A model generated the notes under the pieces. That model made no database searches. It worked only from the letters and a program-made list of their open reading frames with translations, and had not been told where the DNA came from. DNA of 64,000 nt from an uncultured Ignavibacteriales bacterium (GTDB taxonomy: Bacteria > Bacteroidota > Ignavibacteria > Tepidaquicellales > OLB5), in assembly GCA_964568655.1 (NCBI GenBank), contig CAZMRG010000001.1:2815-66814 (forward strand), in the 5' to 3' direction. The position numbers were made by a program, and so were the translations under genes. Shown piece after piece: positions 36,701 to 43,715 of this stretch (positions within the stretch are counted from its first letter, which is position 1; every line of letters starts with the position of its first letter).

Positions 36701-37283
36701 GTATGGGCACAAGACCAGACATATTGCCCCACATATATTGTAATTGCGGACTACCAACCCATACGAGTTGAATTACGATATCGCTTGCAAAACTATACTT
36801 TCCATAATCATCATCATATTCAATTGTGAAATAATCATCAGGAGGATAATTTATTGGGTCTGGGTCTGGATTTATATCAGAATACCAAATATCAAATCTG
36901 TATCGACCGAATCCAAGTACTGCCGAATTCCCAGGATTTGTCAATCCTCCAGCTCGGTCAAAATCCATTACGATATGATTTGATAGTCCGCTTGCGACAT
37001 GAAAATAATCTTGAGAAGAATTTCTACCATTAATGAAATCAATTTTATTTTGCCCCCCTTGATGTGTCTGTACCATATACAAATTGTATCCTCTAATTGG
37101 ATCGCTTTCGGTTGGATACCAATCCGCATTAAAAACCATACTGACCGGATAAACTTTAACGGTTATTGTCGTCCCAATTTGATTTGTAAAATCAATCTCC
37201 CACGGATTGGCAGTGGCGTAATTAATAAACAAAGCTATATTTAAAAACAAATAAATAGGTAAAAACAAGATTTTCTGATTCAT
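33708..37283 (-). CDS. Very large T9SS-secreted protein with right-handed parallel beta-helix repeats
   Basis: 1191 aa with a signal peptide. PbH1-like repeats are present (ISNCTFTGAATCVDISN; ISGNTFNDGKVTIDNGTN; INYNTFEGGTGAQIRLD; ITYNNFYGPNSGG...; KNNNFQNDNY...; NFYNNSL). A helical TPR-like region follows. The C-terminus is YQNYPNPFNPETMIKY...FVDSKKMVLIK. Confidence 0.8.
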   Translation of the reverse strand: MNQKILFLPIYLFLNIALFINYATANPWEIDFTNQIGTTITVKVYPVSMVFNADWYPTESDPIRGYNLYMVQTHQGGQNKIDFINGRNSSQDYFHVASGLSNHIVMDFDRAGGLTNPGNSAVLGFGRYRFDIWYSDINPDPDPINYPPDDYFTIEYDDDYGKYSFASDIVIQLVWVGSPQLQYMWGNMSGLVPIPSNRKIESWHQVYPNFWRNKAYGDFRYNSGQQINNPYTVIPQDPRKDCNPGGGILNQNHIFQREEFGVLSLNLTIEKNISTPTSAPYIENSPPSIIIEGDPSTQTGASLNIGSYPNWHTLTFNPYDLPNSGLGTFLLIEPYANLNVKGSMNPASGSSVVFQNNCHSEVSTNGVINLWPHATISLYGNSHMLWDYHSEILCSQYSEIYIHDNAVVNNCNAITRGLQYTLSENGKYNIGINCPYSDNYSNNIGCPDSGGHIILNDQAQVNLGQNCKIVFDGPDSYLEANPGTTISFDQNSGIEFTNGAYLNANGCTFTGTSWNGLKFTNGGACSISNCTFTGAATCVDISNDKYHDTSQINISGNTFNDGKVTIDNGTNLYVLSNIFNCYNLTGDLLEVTNDLGELPENYHLDINYNTFEGGTGAQIRLDCYAGIITPFYITYNNFYGPNSGGITGLLAYNIAGDFKNNNFQNDNYSLAAELISCNLNFYNNSLKSLTGNTLTMVENSTARLAPVLNGDGTFTWYGGYNKIYLDYKDAQKSYTCAYFESGSNLYTDQGKNCFYIYDIPTNSHISGDLPNLCSMNPYYAAANNYWNTTPPQFQIYCGGNLAGVNYTPTSETCPSTGDNTPISYAVTNMGGGIYDSISVTPGPGNGGLGGGESSVTKAPPVNNDRTLYALILHQKMQKDYSEAISNSVQLINTYDTSKYLASALDELYLCYQASDTSNNQNTTTVLFGQLKTYLVQKISDYQDLTNFVEKAYNYYLMCLVKQRAFTEAIAGYENIMNYNPDPLRRLTASWDRAAVVLLMNSGGGAPNIVSKLEYPEAKFQNKDPHKLVKDVFLKKQKEESDNEGKARKNEKYTKDDKAELQSRTVKFNPSTKKEFKEKIASDMMMVLGIQSKASIKTGQNNISIPKVFKLYQNYPNPFNPETMIKYDLPKDGLVSIKVYDLLGKVVFSKTEYKLAGTYDFSFNGSSYASGLYFYRIEAGTFVDSKKMVLIK

Positions 37284-37304
37284 TATTTGTCTCCTTTGTT
37301 GCTT

Positions 37305-38762
37305 TTATTTGAGAAGAATCATTTTTATAGTATTAATAAAAGTGCCATCAGCATATAAAGAACAAAAATAAATGCCGCTAGCAAATTCAGAACAATCTAT
37401 GTCTAATATGTAAGTCCCAGCAGTTTGATTTTTAGTTATGATATTTCTTAATAATTTTCCTGAAATATCAAATAGAGAGATGCGAATATTGCTTTGTTTT
37501 AGTATTTGAAAAGAAATTCGAGTCGACGGATTAAATGGGTTAGGGTAATTTTGAGCAAGGGTCCAAGCTACAGGTACTGAACTATTAATTCTTTGAATTC
37601 CAAATGGGGGAAGATTAGTAAGAGAACTGTCAATCCTTGCAGCGTAGAAATCATCTTGGACACTCGTAATTGTCGTATATCCGGCAAGTACATAATCGCC
37701 GGATGTTGAATTTGGTGCTGCGATTATACAACTCAGACTTGTAGCTCCTCTATTATCAATTATAATTTTTTGATTAGTTATGTTAAATGTCGAATCGAGT
37801 GTTAGAATTCTGGTGTTAAACCAAATAGCGCTATCTCTTTTCAATACTAATACGTATTTATTATTGTTAATAAACATTAAATCGGAGGTATATTCATCGG
37901 CAGAAGTATTAAATTCTTTGAAGAAAGTTTGATTTCCATTTAAGTCGGTTTTCATTATGAATGATCTAATATATCCTGAACCGGCTGTGTCAAATTTTGA
38001 TCCTGCTATTAAATATCCGCTATTTATTGTTTTTATTTTATCAAAAGAACGAGATTTCCCATAATATTGTTTAGCCCAAACAATATTCCCGATGTCGTCA
38101 ACATTGGCAATATATCCCTTGCCTGAATCAGTTGGTGAATCACCAACACTGCCACAAACTATGAATCCATTTGTGGAGGATAATATAATAGTGGTAAAAT
38201 CTGGCCTATAAGTAAAATTGTAATACTTTTGCCAAATTAATGCTCCATTTGAATCTAATCTATAAATATATGAGTCTAAATTTCCTCCGTCCCCACATCC
38301 AATAAACCCATTATCTAAAGTTCTAATAATACTTGATGAACTATGACCTCCATAATGATTGAGCCAAGCAATTTGTCCATTTGGCAAAATACGAGCTGCA
38401 TATATTGTATTTGAATACCCAGTGAATACACAACTGCCATCTGAAAGAGGAACTGATGCCAATATCATGGGAATCTGACTTATTTTCTTTTGCCATAATG
38501 TATCCCCAAAGGCGTTAATTTTTATTACATAACCGTAAGTTGGAATGAAACCTGCAAAACCAGCAATGTATATGTTGTTTCCATCAGCAGGGCATACTGT
38601 ATATGCGCCATCTTCGCTGTGAGCAGAATCATCATACGTTCTCTGCCAAGTAATAGACTGGCAATAGCAATTATTATTTAAAAATGAAGAATTCGCAGCG
38701 AATAAAGTGCAAAGTGTGCAGAAAATGAAGAATTTGGATGATATTGTAAAAGTTTTTTTCAT
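37305..38762 (-). CDS. T9SS-secreted repeat (beta-propeller-like) protein
   Basis: 485 aa with a signal peptide and recurring G[FY]I..G....D..G..[IV]W blade-like repeats. The C-terminus is AQNYPNPFNPSTRISF...FINTIKMILLK. The nucleotide composition is markedly AT-rich. Confidence 0.75.
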   Translation of the reverse strand: MKKTFTISSKFFIFCTLCTLFAANSSFLNNNCYCQSITWQRTYDDSAHSEDGAYTVCPADGNNIYIAGFAGFIPTYGYVIKINAFGDTLWQKKISQIPMILASVPLSDGSCVFTGYSNTIYAARILPNGQIAWLNHYGGHSSSSIIRTLDNGFIGCGDGGNLDSYIYRLDSNGALIWQKYYNFTYRPDFTTIILSSTNGFIVCGSVGDSPTDSGKGYIANVDDIGNIVWAKQYYGKSRSFDKIKTINSGYLIAGSKFDTAGSGYIRSFIMKTDLNGNQTFFKEFNTSADEYTSDLMFINNNKYVLVLKRDSAIWFNTRILTLDSTFNITNQKIIIDNRGATSLSCIIAAPNSTSGDYVLAGYTTITSVQDDFYAARIDSSLTNLPPFGIQRINSSVPVAWTLAQNYPNPFNPSTRISFQILKQSNIRISLFDISGKLLRNIITKNQTAGTYILDIDCSEFASGIYFCSLYADGTFINTIKMILLK

Positions 38763-38962
38763 GCTTTTATCGTTTTATGTTGGGAAAAACTTAACCCAAC
38801 AAACAGGAAAGAGCAAGTAATTTATTTATCTATAGTTATTTTTAAAGAGCTTCCGATGGTCATTACAAACATAATATACACACAAGGGCTTTTCCTATGA
38901 CTTCCGGCATAATGAAACATGATAATTATCATTGCCGTAGTGACGGTAGCCTGTTCAGGAAA

Positions 38963-38989
38963 TAAAAAAAACCAATCAAAAGACTGGTT
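38963..38989 (-). terminator. Rho-independent terminator after the CPBP gene
   Basis: On the minus strand: AACCAGTC-TTTT-GATTGGTT followed by T8. It lies 46 bp past the stop at 39035. Confidence 0.6.
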
Positions 38990-39034
38990 TCTTTTAAATA
39001 AAAAAATGTTTATTATTAATTTGTAATTATTAAA

Positions 39035-39667
39035 CTACCTCACAGGTAATAACACAAATATTGTCAGATCCCATAGAGCATGTGAAATTATTCCCGGCCA
39101 GAGAGATTTGTAACGTTTAAATACATAGCCCCAGAAGAATCCGCAAATGAGCGCCGCCATAAAGAGCATAAAGTTAAGCGCAATAATATGAACCGCGCCG
39201 TAAATGAGCGAAGCTATAATCCATCCCGCGTTCTCGCCATATTTATGCGCCAGCGTGTCCTGTACAAACCCGCGCCAAAACACTTCTTCCGCGGGCCCTA
39301 TGAAAAAGAAAAGCAATAAGCCTATTACAGTCGGATCAAGCAGGGTTTTATTTGAATAAACGCCGTTAACTTGGTTATTGGCGAAGTTAAAAATGAGAGC
39401 TGAAATTTTATCCCCGGTAAAGAACACAAGATATAGAATTGCGGCAGAAACAATTCCGGCAATTATATATTTATTCTCATAATAATAAAGCCTGAAATTT
39501 ATATCAGGCCCGAATTTGTGATTTATGTATATAGAAATGCCCGCAAGAGTCCCTGCGGCAACAATCATTTCGTACCAGAAATTAAAATGCTTGAGTGAAA
39601 ACATTTCAACCCAGAAAACGACTGCGATTAATATAAGTATGATGCAATATTTAAAGCGGGTGTTCAT
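39035..39667 (-). CDS. CPBP family intramembrane glutamic endopeptidase (CAAX protease/Abi family)
   Basis: 210 aa with multiple TM helices. Motif 1 is GPAEEVFWRGF, motif 2 is YGAVH, motif 3 is ISHALWD. Confidence 0.85.
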   Translation of the reverse strand: MNTRFKYCIILILIAVVFWVEMFSLKHFNFWYEMIVAAGTLAGISIYINHKFGPDINFRLYYYENKYIIAGIVSAAILYLVFFTGDKISALIFNFANNQVNGVYSNKTLLDPTVIGLLLFFFIGPAEEVFWRGFVQDTLAHKYGENAGWIIASLIYGAVHIIALNFMLFMAALICGFFWGYVFKRYKSLWPGIISHALWDLTIFVLLPVR

Positions 39668-39747
39668 GGTTGCAAATTTAATAAATAATAATCTGAATTA
39701 ATCTGCTCAAAGTATTATACATGACTAACTCATAGAAGCTGTATTCT

Positions 39748-41868
39748 CTATGCAATTCTTACAAGGTCCATAGAATCCTTATAATTCATAAGAAAATGTG
39801 CCCTGATATTCTTGTTTTCTTCAGCCCGCAGCTGTGAATCGTTATCGGCAAGCTTCATTGCAGATTTTCTTGCGCCTTCTATCAGCGGCATATCTTTTGA
39901 TATATCCGCAACGTTGAATTTCAGCTCGCCTGATTGCCTTGTGCCGAAAAACTCACCCGGCCCGCGTAGTTTCATATCTACTTCCGATATTTTAAAGCCG
40001 TCTGTAGTCTGTACAATAGTTTCCAATCTCTCTTTTGAGATATCTCCGCCGCCTTCTGCCATTAATATACAGTATGATTGCTCTGCGCCTCTGCCTACGC
40101 GTCCCCTCAGCTGGTGCAGCTGCGATAAGCCGAACCTTTGCGCCTCTTCAATTACCATTATTGTCGCATTCGGAATATCAATACCTACTTCGATTACGGT
40201 TGTTGTAACTAAAATATCCAGCTTCCGGTCTTTAAATTCTTCTATTGTCTGATCTATTTCATACCATGGCAGCCTTCCGTGTATAAGCCCAACTCTTAAA
40301 TCCTTAAATACATTCTTACTCAACAATTCGAAGTGTTGAACCGCGGACTTCAGATCAAGTTTTTCGGACTCTTCGATAATTGGATAAACTATATATGCCT
40401 GCCTGCCTTTTTTTATTTCATCGCGAATGAAATTATAAACTTTCAACCTGTCACTTTCAAATCTAAGCGCTGTTTTAATTGTTTTTCTGTTCTTAGGAAG
40501 TTCATCAATGACAGAAACATCAAGGTCGCCGTAAACTGTCAGCGAGAGCGTTCTGGGAATAGGCGTCGCCGTCATAACAAGCACATCGGGATTCAGCCCC
40601 TTCTCGCGCAGCTTAGCTCTTTGAACAACGCCAAACTTATGCTGTTCGTCTATTACCGCAAATCCAAGTTTTTTGAATGCAACCGTTTCCTGAATCAGAG
40701 CATGTGTGCCCACTACAACATTTGCCTGGCCTGATTTTATTTCGCCGAGTATCTCTTCCCTCAGTTTCTTTTTCTGGCCGCCAACAAGCAGCGCGGTCTT
40801 TAAACCAAGCCCGTTAAAGTATTGCTTAAGTACTTTATAATGCTGTTCCGCCAGGATTTCAGTCGGGCACATGAACGCCGCCTGGTAACCATTTTCAATT
40901 GCAATAAGCATCGCGAATATCGCGACAATAGTTTTACCGCTTCCAACATCGCCCTGCAGCAGCCTGTTCATCGGCTTTGTGGATTTCATATCCGCGCGGA
41001 TCTCTTTTATTACTTTCTTCTGAGCCCTGGTGAGCTCAAATCCAAGTAAATCTTTAAAAAGCTTTTCGAATTTTTCCCCGACCTTATCGAATGAAATACC
41101 TTTTTCTTCATTTTCTATGGTTTTTCTCCTGAGCGCCATTACGAGCTGAAGATAAAACAACTCTTCAAACGCCAGCGTCATCCTTGCTTTTTCTTTGTCT
41201 TCTAAAGTATGCGGATAATGTATTCTTAATATTGCGTTTTTATGCTCAAGCAGGTCGTTATCGGTTCTGATCTCTTCGGAAAGAACTTCATGCATCCTGC
41301 CGGAATAATTCTTCAGTGCATTAAAAACTATTTTGGTAAGCGTCAACGGCTTTACCCATGTTTTCTTTAACTCGCCTGATAATATGTAGAGTGGGATCAG
41401 CGGGTATTTTAAAAGCTCATTATCGCCGGCATCAAATTTCTTGTGGTCGCGCAGGTCGAACTGCACACCCTTTTCGAACATGTTGTAGTTTACTTTACCC
41501 CAGAACATATACCTATCGCCAACCTGGAACTGCCGCTCCCTGTAAAAGAAATTTCCCCATATAAGGCACTCAATTACACCTGAGTCATCTTTAACCATAA
41601 CCTTAAGCGGGTGATTTGGCCTTCTGGGAGCCTGCTTGTCTGTAATTTCCCCGGCGATAATCACGTTGCAATCGCGGTACTCACGCAGCCGGCTTATTTT
41701 TGTATTAATTAAATAGTCTCTTGGGTAAACAGTGAAGAGGTCGTCAATTCTCCCAATGCCGAGCGATTCAAATGCCAGTGCGCGTTTTGGCCCGACACCT
41801 TTAAGATACGATATTTCAGGAATATTTTCTTTAGTCAAAGCGATGATGATTAGTACAAATATAAACAT
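39748..41868 (-). CDS. recG: ATP-dependent DNA helicase RecG
   Basis: 706 aa with an N-terminal wedge/OB region. Motifs LTRAQKKVIKEI, LLQGDVGSGKT, IDEQHKFGV, MTATPIPRT and QLHQLRGRVGRG. Confidence 0.92.
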   Translation of the reverse strand: MFIFVLIIIALTKENIPEISYLKGVGPKRALAFESLGIGRIDDLFTVYPRDYLINTKISRLREYRDCNVIIAGEITDKQAPRRPNHPLKVMVKDDSGVIECLIWGNFFYRERQFQVGDRYMFWGKVNYNMFEKGVQFDLRDHKKFDAGDNELLKYPLIPLYILSGELKKTWVKPLTLTKIVFNALKNYSGRMHEVLSEEIRTDNDLLEHKNAILRIHYPHTLEDKEKARMTLAFEELFYLQLVMALRRKTIENEEKGISFDKVGEKFEKLFKDLLGFELTRAQKKVIKEIRADMKSTKPMNRLLQGDVGSGKTIVAIFAMLIAIENGYQAAFMCPTEILAEQHYKVLKQYFNGLGLKTALLVGGQKKKLREEILGEIKSGQANVVVGTHALIQETVAFKKLGFAVIDEQHKFGVVQRAKLREKGLNPDVLVMTATPIPRTLSLTVYGDLDVSVIDELPKNRKTIKTALRFESDRLKVYNFIRDEIKKGRQAYIVYPIIEESEKLDLKSAVQHFELLSKNVFKDLRVGLIHGRLPWYEIDQTIEEFKDRKLDILVTTTVIEVGIDIPNATIMVIEEAQRFGLSQLHQLRGRVGRGAEQSYCILMAEGGGDISKERLETIVQTTDGFKISEVDMKLRGPGEFFGTRQSGELKFNVADISKDMPLIEGARKSAMKLADNDSQLRAEENKNIRAHFLMNYKDSMDLVRIA

Positions 41869-41910
41869 TTAAGGAAACATCTTTGAGGAATTAAGGTAAA
41901 AAGAATATTA

Positions 41911-42268
41911 TCTCCCCCTAACAGGGGGAGGTAGGAGGGGGTCTTGAGTGAAATTAGGTAGTCTAATTTGACCACCCCTCATCCCCCTCCTTAATAAGGA
42001 GGGGATGAACAGCAAATATTCTCATGTTAGAAATAGGCAGTGAAAAAAATCGCCGTCTCCCCCTATCAGGGGGAGATACAGAGGGGGTGGCTGTACAGAG
42101 TTAAATTGGTTATGAATTGCACCTCCCCCTACCCCCTCCTGTCAGGAGGGGGTGATAATATATGAAAGTATGCCTTCACCCTTTTAATCTTTTCCATAAG
42201 ATTGTCTGTGCCTTTGGGGTGGTCAAGCCATTCAGAAGTCTCATTATCAGGAGGAGGTAGGAGGGGGT
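41911..42268. repeat. BIME-like array of five C5/G5-rich three-arm palindromic elements in alternating orientation
   Basis: R1 41911-41941: TCTCCCCCT-AAC-AGGGGGAG-GT-AGGAGGGGG. R2 41973-42006: CACCCCTC-AT-CCCCCTCC-TTAATAA-GGAGGGGAT. R3 42056-42090: TCTCCCCCT-ATC-AGGGGGAGA-TAC-AGAGGGGGTGG. R4 42122-42153: CCTCCCCCT-A-CCCCCTCCT-GTC-AGGAGGGGGT. R5 42246-42267: ATC-AGGAGGAG-GT-AGGAGGGGG, which lacks a left arm. Hairpin centres are spaced about 72-76 bp apart for R1-R4. Confidence 0.8.
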
Positions 42269-42353
42269 TGAACATTGGAACAGAATAACATCAGAAGACG
42301 TATATAATTTATTATGATTTCTGAATCGGATTAGTTTTAAATTATGGAAATAG

Positions 42354-42373
42354 ATTCCCGCCTTCGCGGGAAT
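42354..42373. repeat. 20-nt hairpin element ATTCCCGC-CTTC-GCGGGAAT (REP-like)
   Basis: A perfect 8-bp stem. The same element, with shared upstream TTAG/TAG, recurs at 49731-49769 interrupted by a 19-nt insertion. Confidence 0.75.
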
Positions 42374-42443
42374 GACAATCACAGATATATAGTTATAATA
42401 ACTAACATTGATTAGTAAAACATATCTCTATAACTTGTAAGCA

Positions 42444-43712
42444 ATGAAAACGATTTTTTTGTTTATTTTATGCATCTTTTTTGCCGCTAATGCTGTTTTT
42501 GCCCAGCAAAAACTCCTCATCCCGATGGATGTTAATTCACAAACCGACCATCTAAGAGCGTACGGAATCGCATACAGGCATCTGCTGCATGGCAAAGAAC
42601 TCGACTGGCTTCTGAACTACCGCGGAGGCTCGTTCATGTTTGACTATTCTCCGGAACTTGAAGCAGAGTGCAAAGATAAAGGCGTCAGCTCTGAAAATAT
42701 TTCCGGCACACAAGCCGCGCAAATATATGCCGAGGTACAGGATGAAAAAAATAATATGGATGTTGTAAGGCTTGAAAAAGTTGCTAAGATAGCGGTTTAC
42801 GTCCCCCCAAATACTCTGCCATGGGATGATGCGGTTCAGCTTGTGCTTGATTATACTGAAATACCATACGATAAACTCTGGGACGAAGAAGTTCTTGATG
42901 GCAAGTTAAAAGGATATGATTTTGTTCATCTTCATCATGAGGATTTTACCGGGCAATACGGGAAATTCTTCTCAGCGTTCGGCACCGCGCCGTGGTACCT
43001 TACGCAAAAGCAGACCAACGAAGACATGGCAAAGAAGATGGGTTATGCGAAAGTTTCCCAGCTTAAGCTTGCTGTTGTGAAGAAACTGCAGGAGTATGTT
43101 ACTAACGGTGGTTTTTTATTTACTATGTGCTCCGGCGCTACAACTCCAGATATGGCGCTGGCCGCACAATACACAGATGTATGCGAATCGATGTATGACG
43201 GCGACCCTGCAGACCCGAATGCAAATGACAAGCTTGATTACTCGGAATGTTTTGCATTCCAGGATTTTAAGTTTATGATGAATCCTTATGTTTACGAGTA
43301 TTCCGATCTGGATATCACCGATGAAGAACTGCTTAAAGGTCAGTTCAACGATTATTTTACCTTATTTGATTTTTCCGCTAAGGATGACCCTGTACCTTCT
43401 ATGTTAACGCAGGACCATACGTCTATGATAAAAGGATTCCTCGGGCAGGAATCAGGTTTCCATGAAAGATTTATTAAACCGGATATAACTATCCTTGCAA
43501 AAAATGACGGCACAGATTGGGTGAAATATATCCACGGTAATCTTGGCAGGGGAACGTTTACATTTTATGGCGGGCATGACCCGGAAGATTATCAGCATGC
43601 GGTAGGCGACCCCAAAACAGATCTAAGCTTATATAAGAACTCGCCCGGTTACAGGCTTATTCTGAATAATGTTCTGTTCCCCGCAGCCAAAAAGAAGAAA
43701 TTAAAAACTTAA
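42444..43712 (+). CDS. Conserved-looking secreted protein, function unknown
   Basis: 422 aa with signal peptide MKTIFLFILCIFFAANAVFAQ. Notable segments are LLIPMDVNSQTDHLRAYGIAYRHLL...WLLNYRGGSFMF and GGFLFTMCSGATTPDMALA. There is a basic tail KKKKLKT. I could not assign a family with confidence. Confidence 0.6.
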   Translation: MKTIFLFILCIFFAANAVFAQQKLLIPMDVNSQTDHLRAYGIAYRHLLHGKELDWLLNYRGGSFMFDYSPELEAECKDKGVSSENISGTQAAQIYAEVQDEKNNMDVVRLEKVAKIAVYVPPNTLPWDDAVQLVLDYTEIPYDKLWDEEVLDGKLKGYDFVHLHHEDFTGQYGKFFSAFGTAPWYLTQKQTNEDMAKKMGYAKVSQLKLAVVKKLQEYVTNGGFLFTMCSGATTPDMALAAQYTDVCESMYDGDPADPNANDKLDYSECFAFQDFKFMMNPYVYEYSDLDITDEELLKGQFNDYFTLFDFSAKDDPVPSMLTQDHTSMIKGFLGQESGFHERFIKPDITILAKNDGTDWVKYIHGNLGRGTFTFYGGHDPEDYQHAVGDPKTDLSLYKNSPGYRLILNNVLFPAAKKKKLKT

Positions 43713-43715
43713 GTT

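Noticed and set aside
39035-39667. CPBP/Abi-family protease as an abortive-infection or bacteriocin-immunity module
   Set aside because: It is a lone gene with its own terminator, next to recG. There is no adjacent bacteriocin, toxin or phage-related gene.
41911-42268. Possible CRISPR array (short palindromic repeats with ~40-bp unique spacers)
   Set aside because: The repeats are not identical direct repeats. They differ in sequence and length, alternate in orientation, and one is truncated. No cas genes or leader are nearby. A REP/BIME-like interpretation fits better.
42176-42382. 68-aa ORF (MIVIPAKAGI...)
   Set aside because: It is a translation through the palindromic repeat elements. 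Peptides of the 'IPAKAGI' type are typical artefacts of the ATTCCCGC...GCGGGAAT hairpin.
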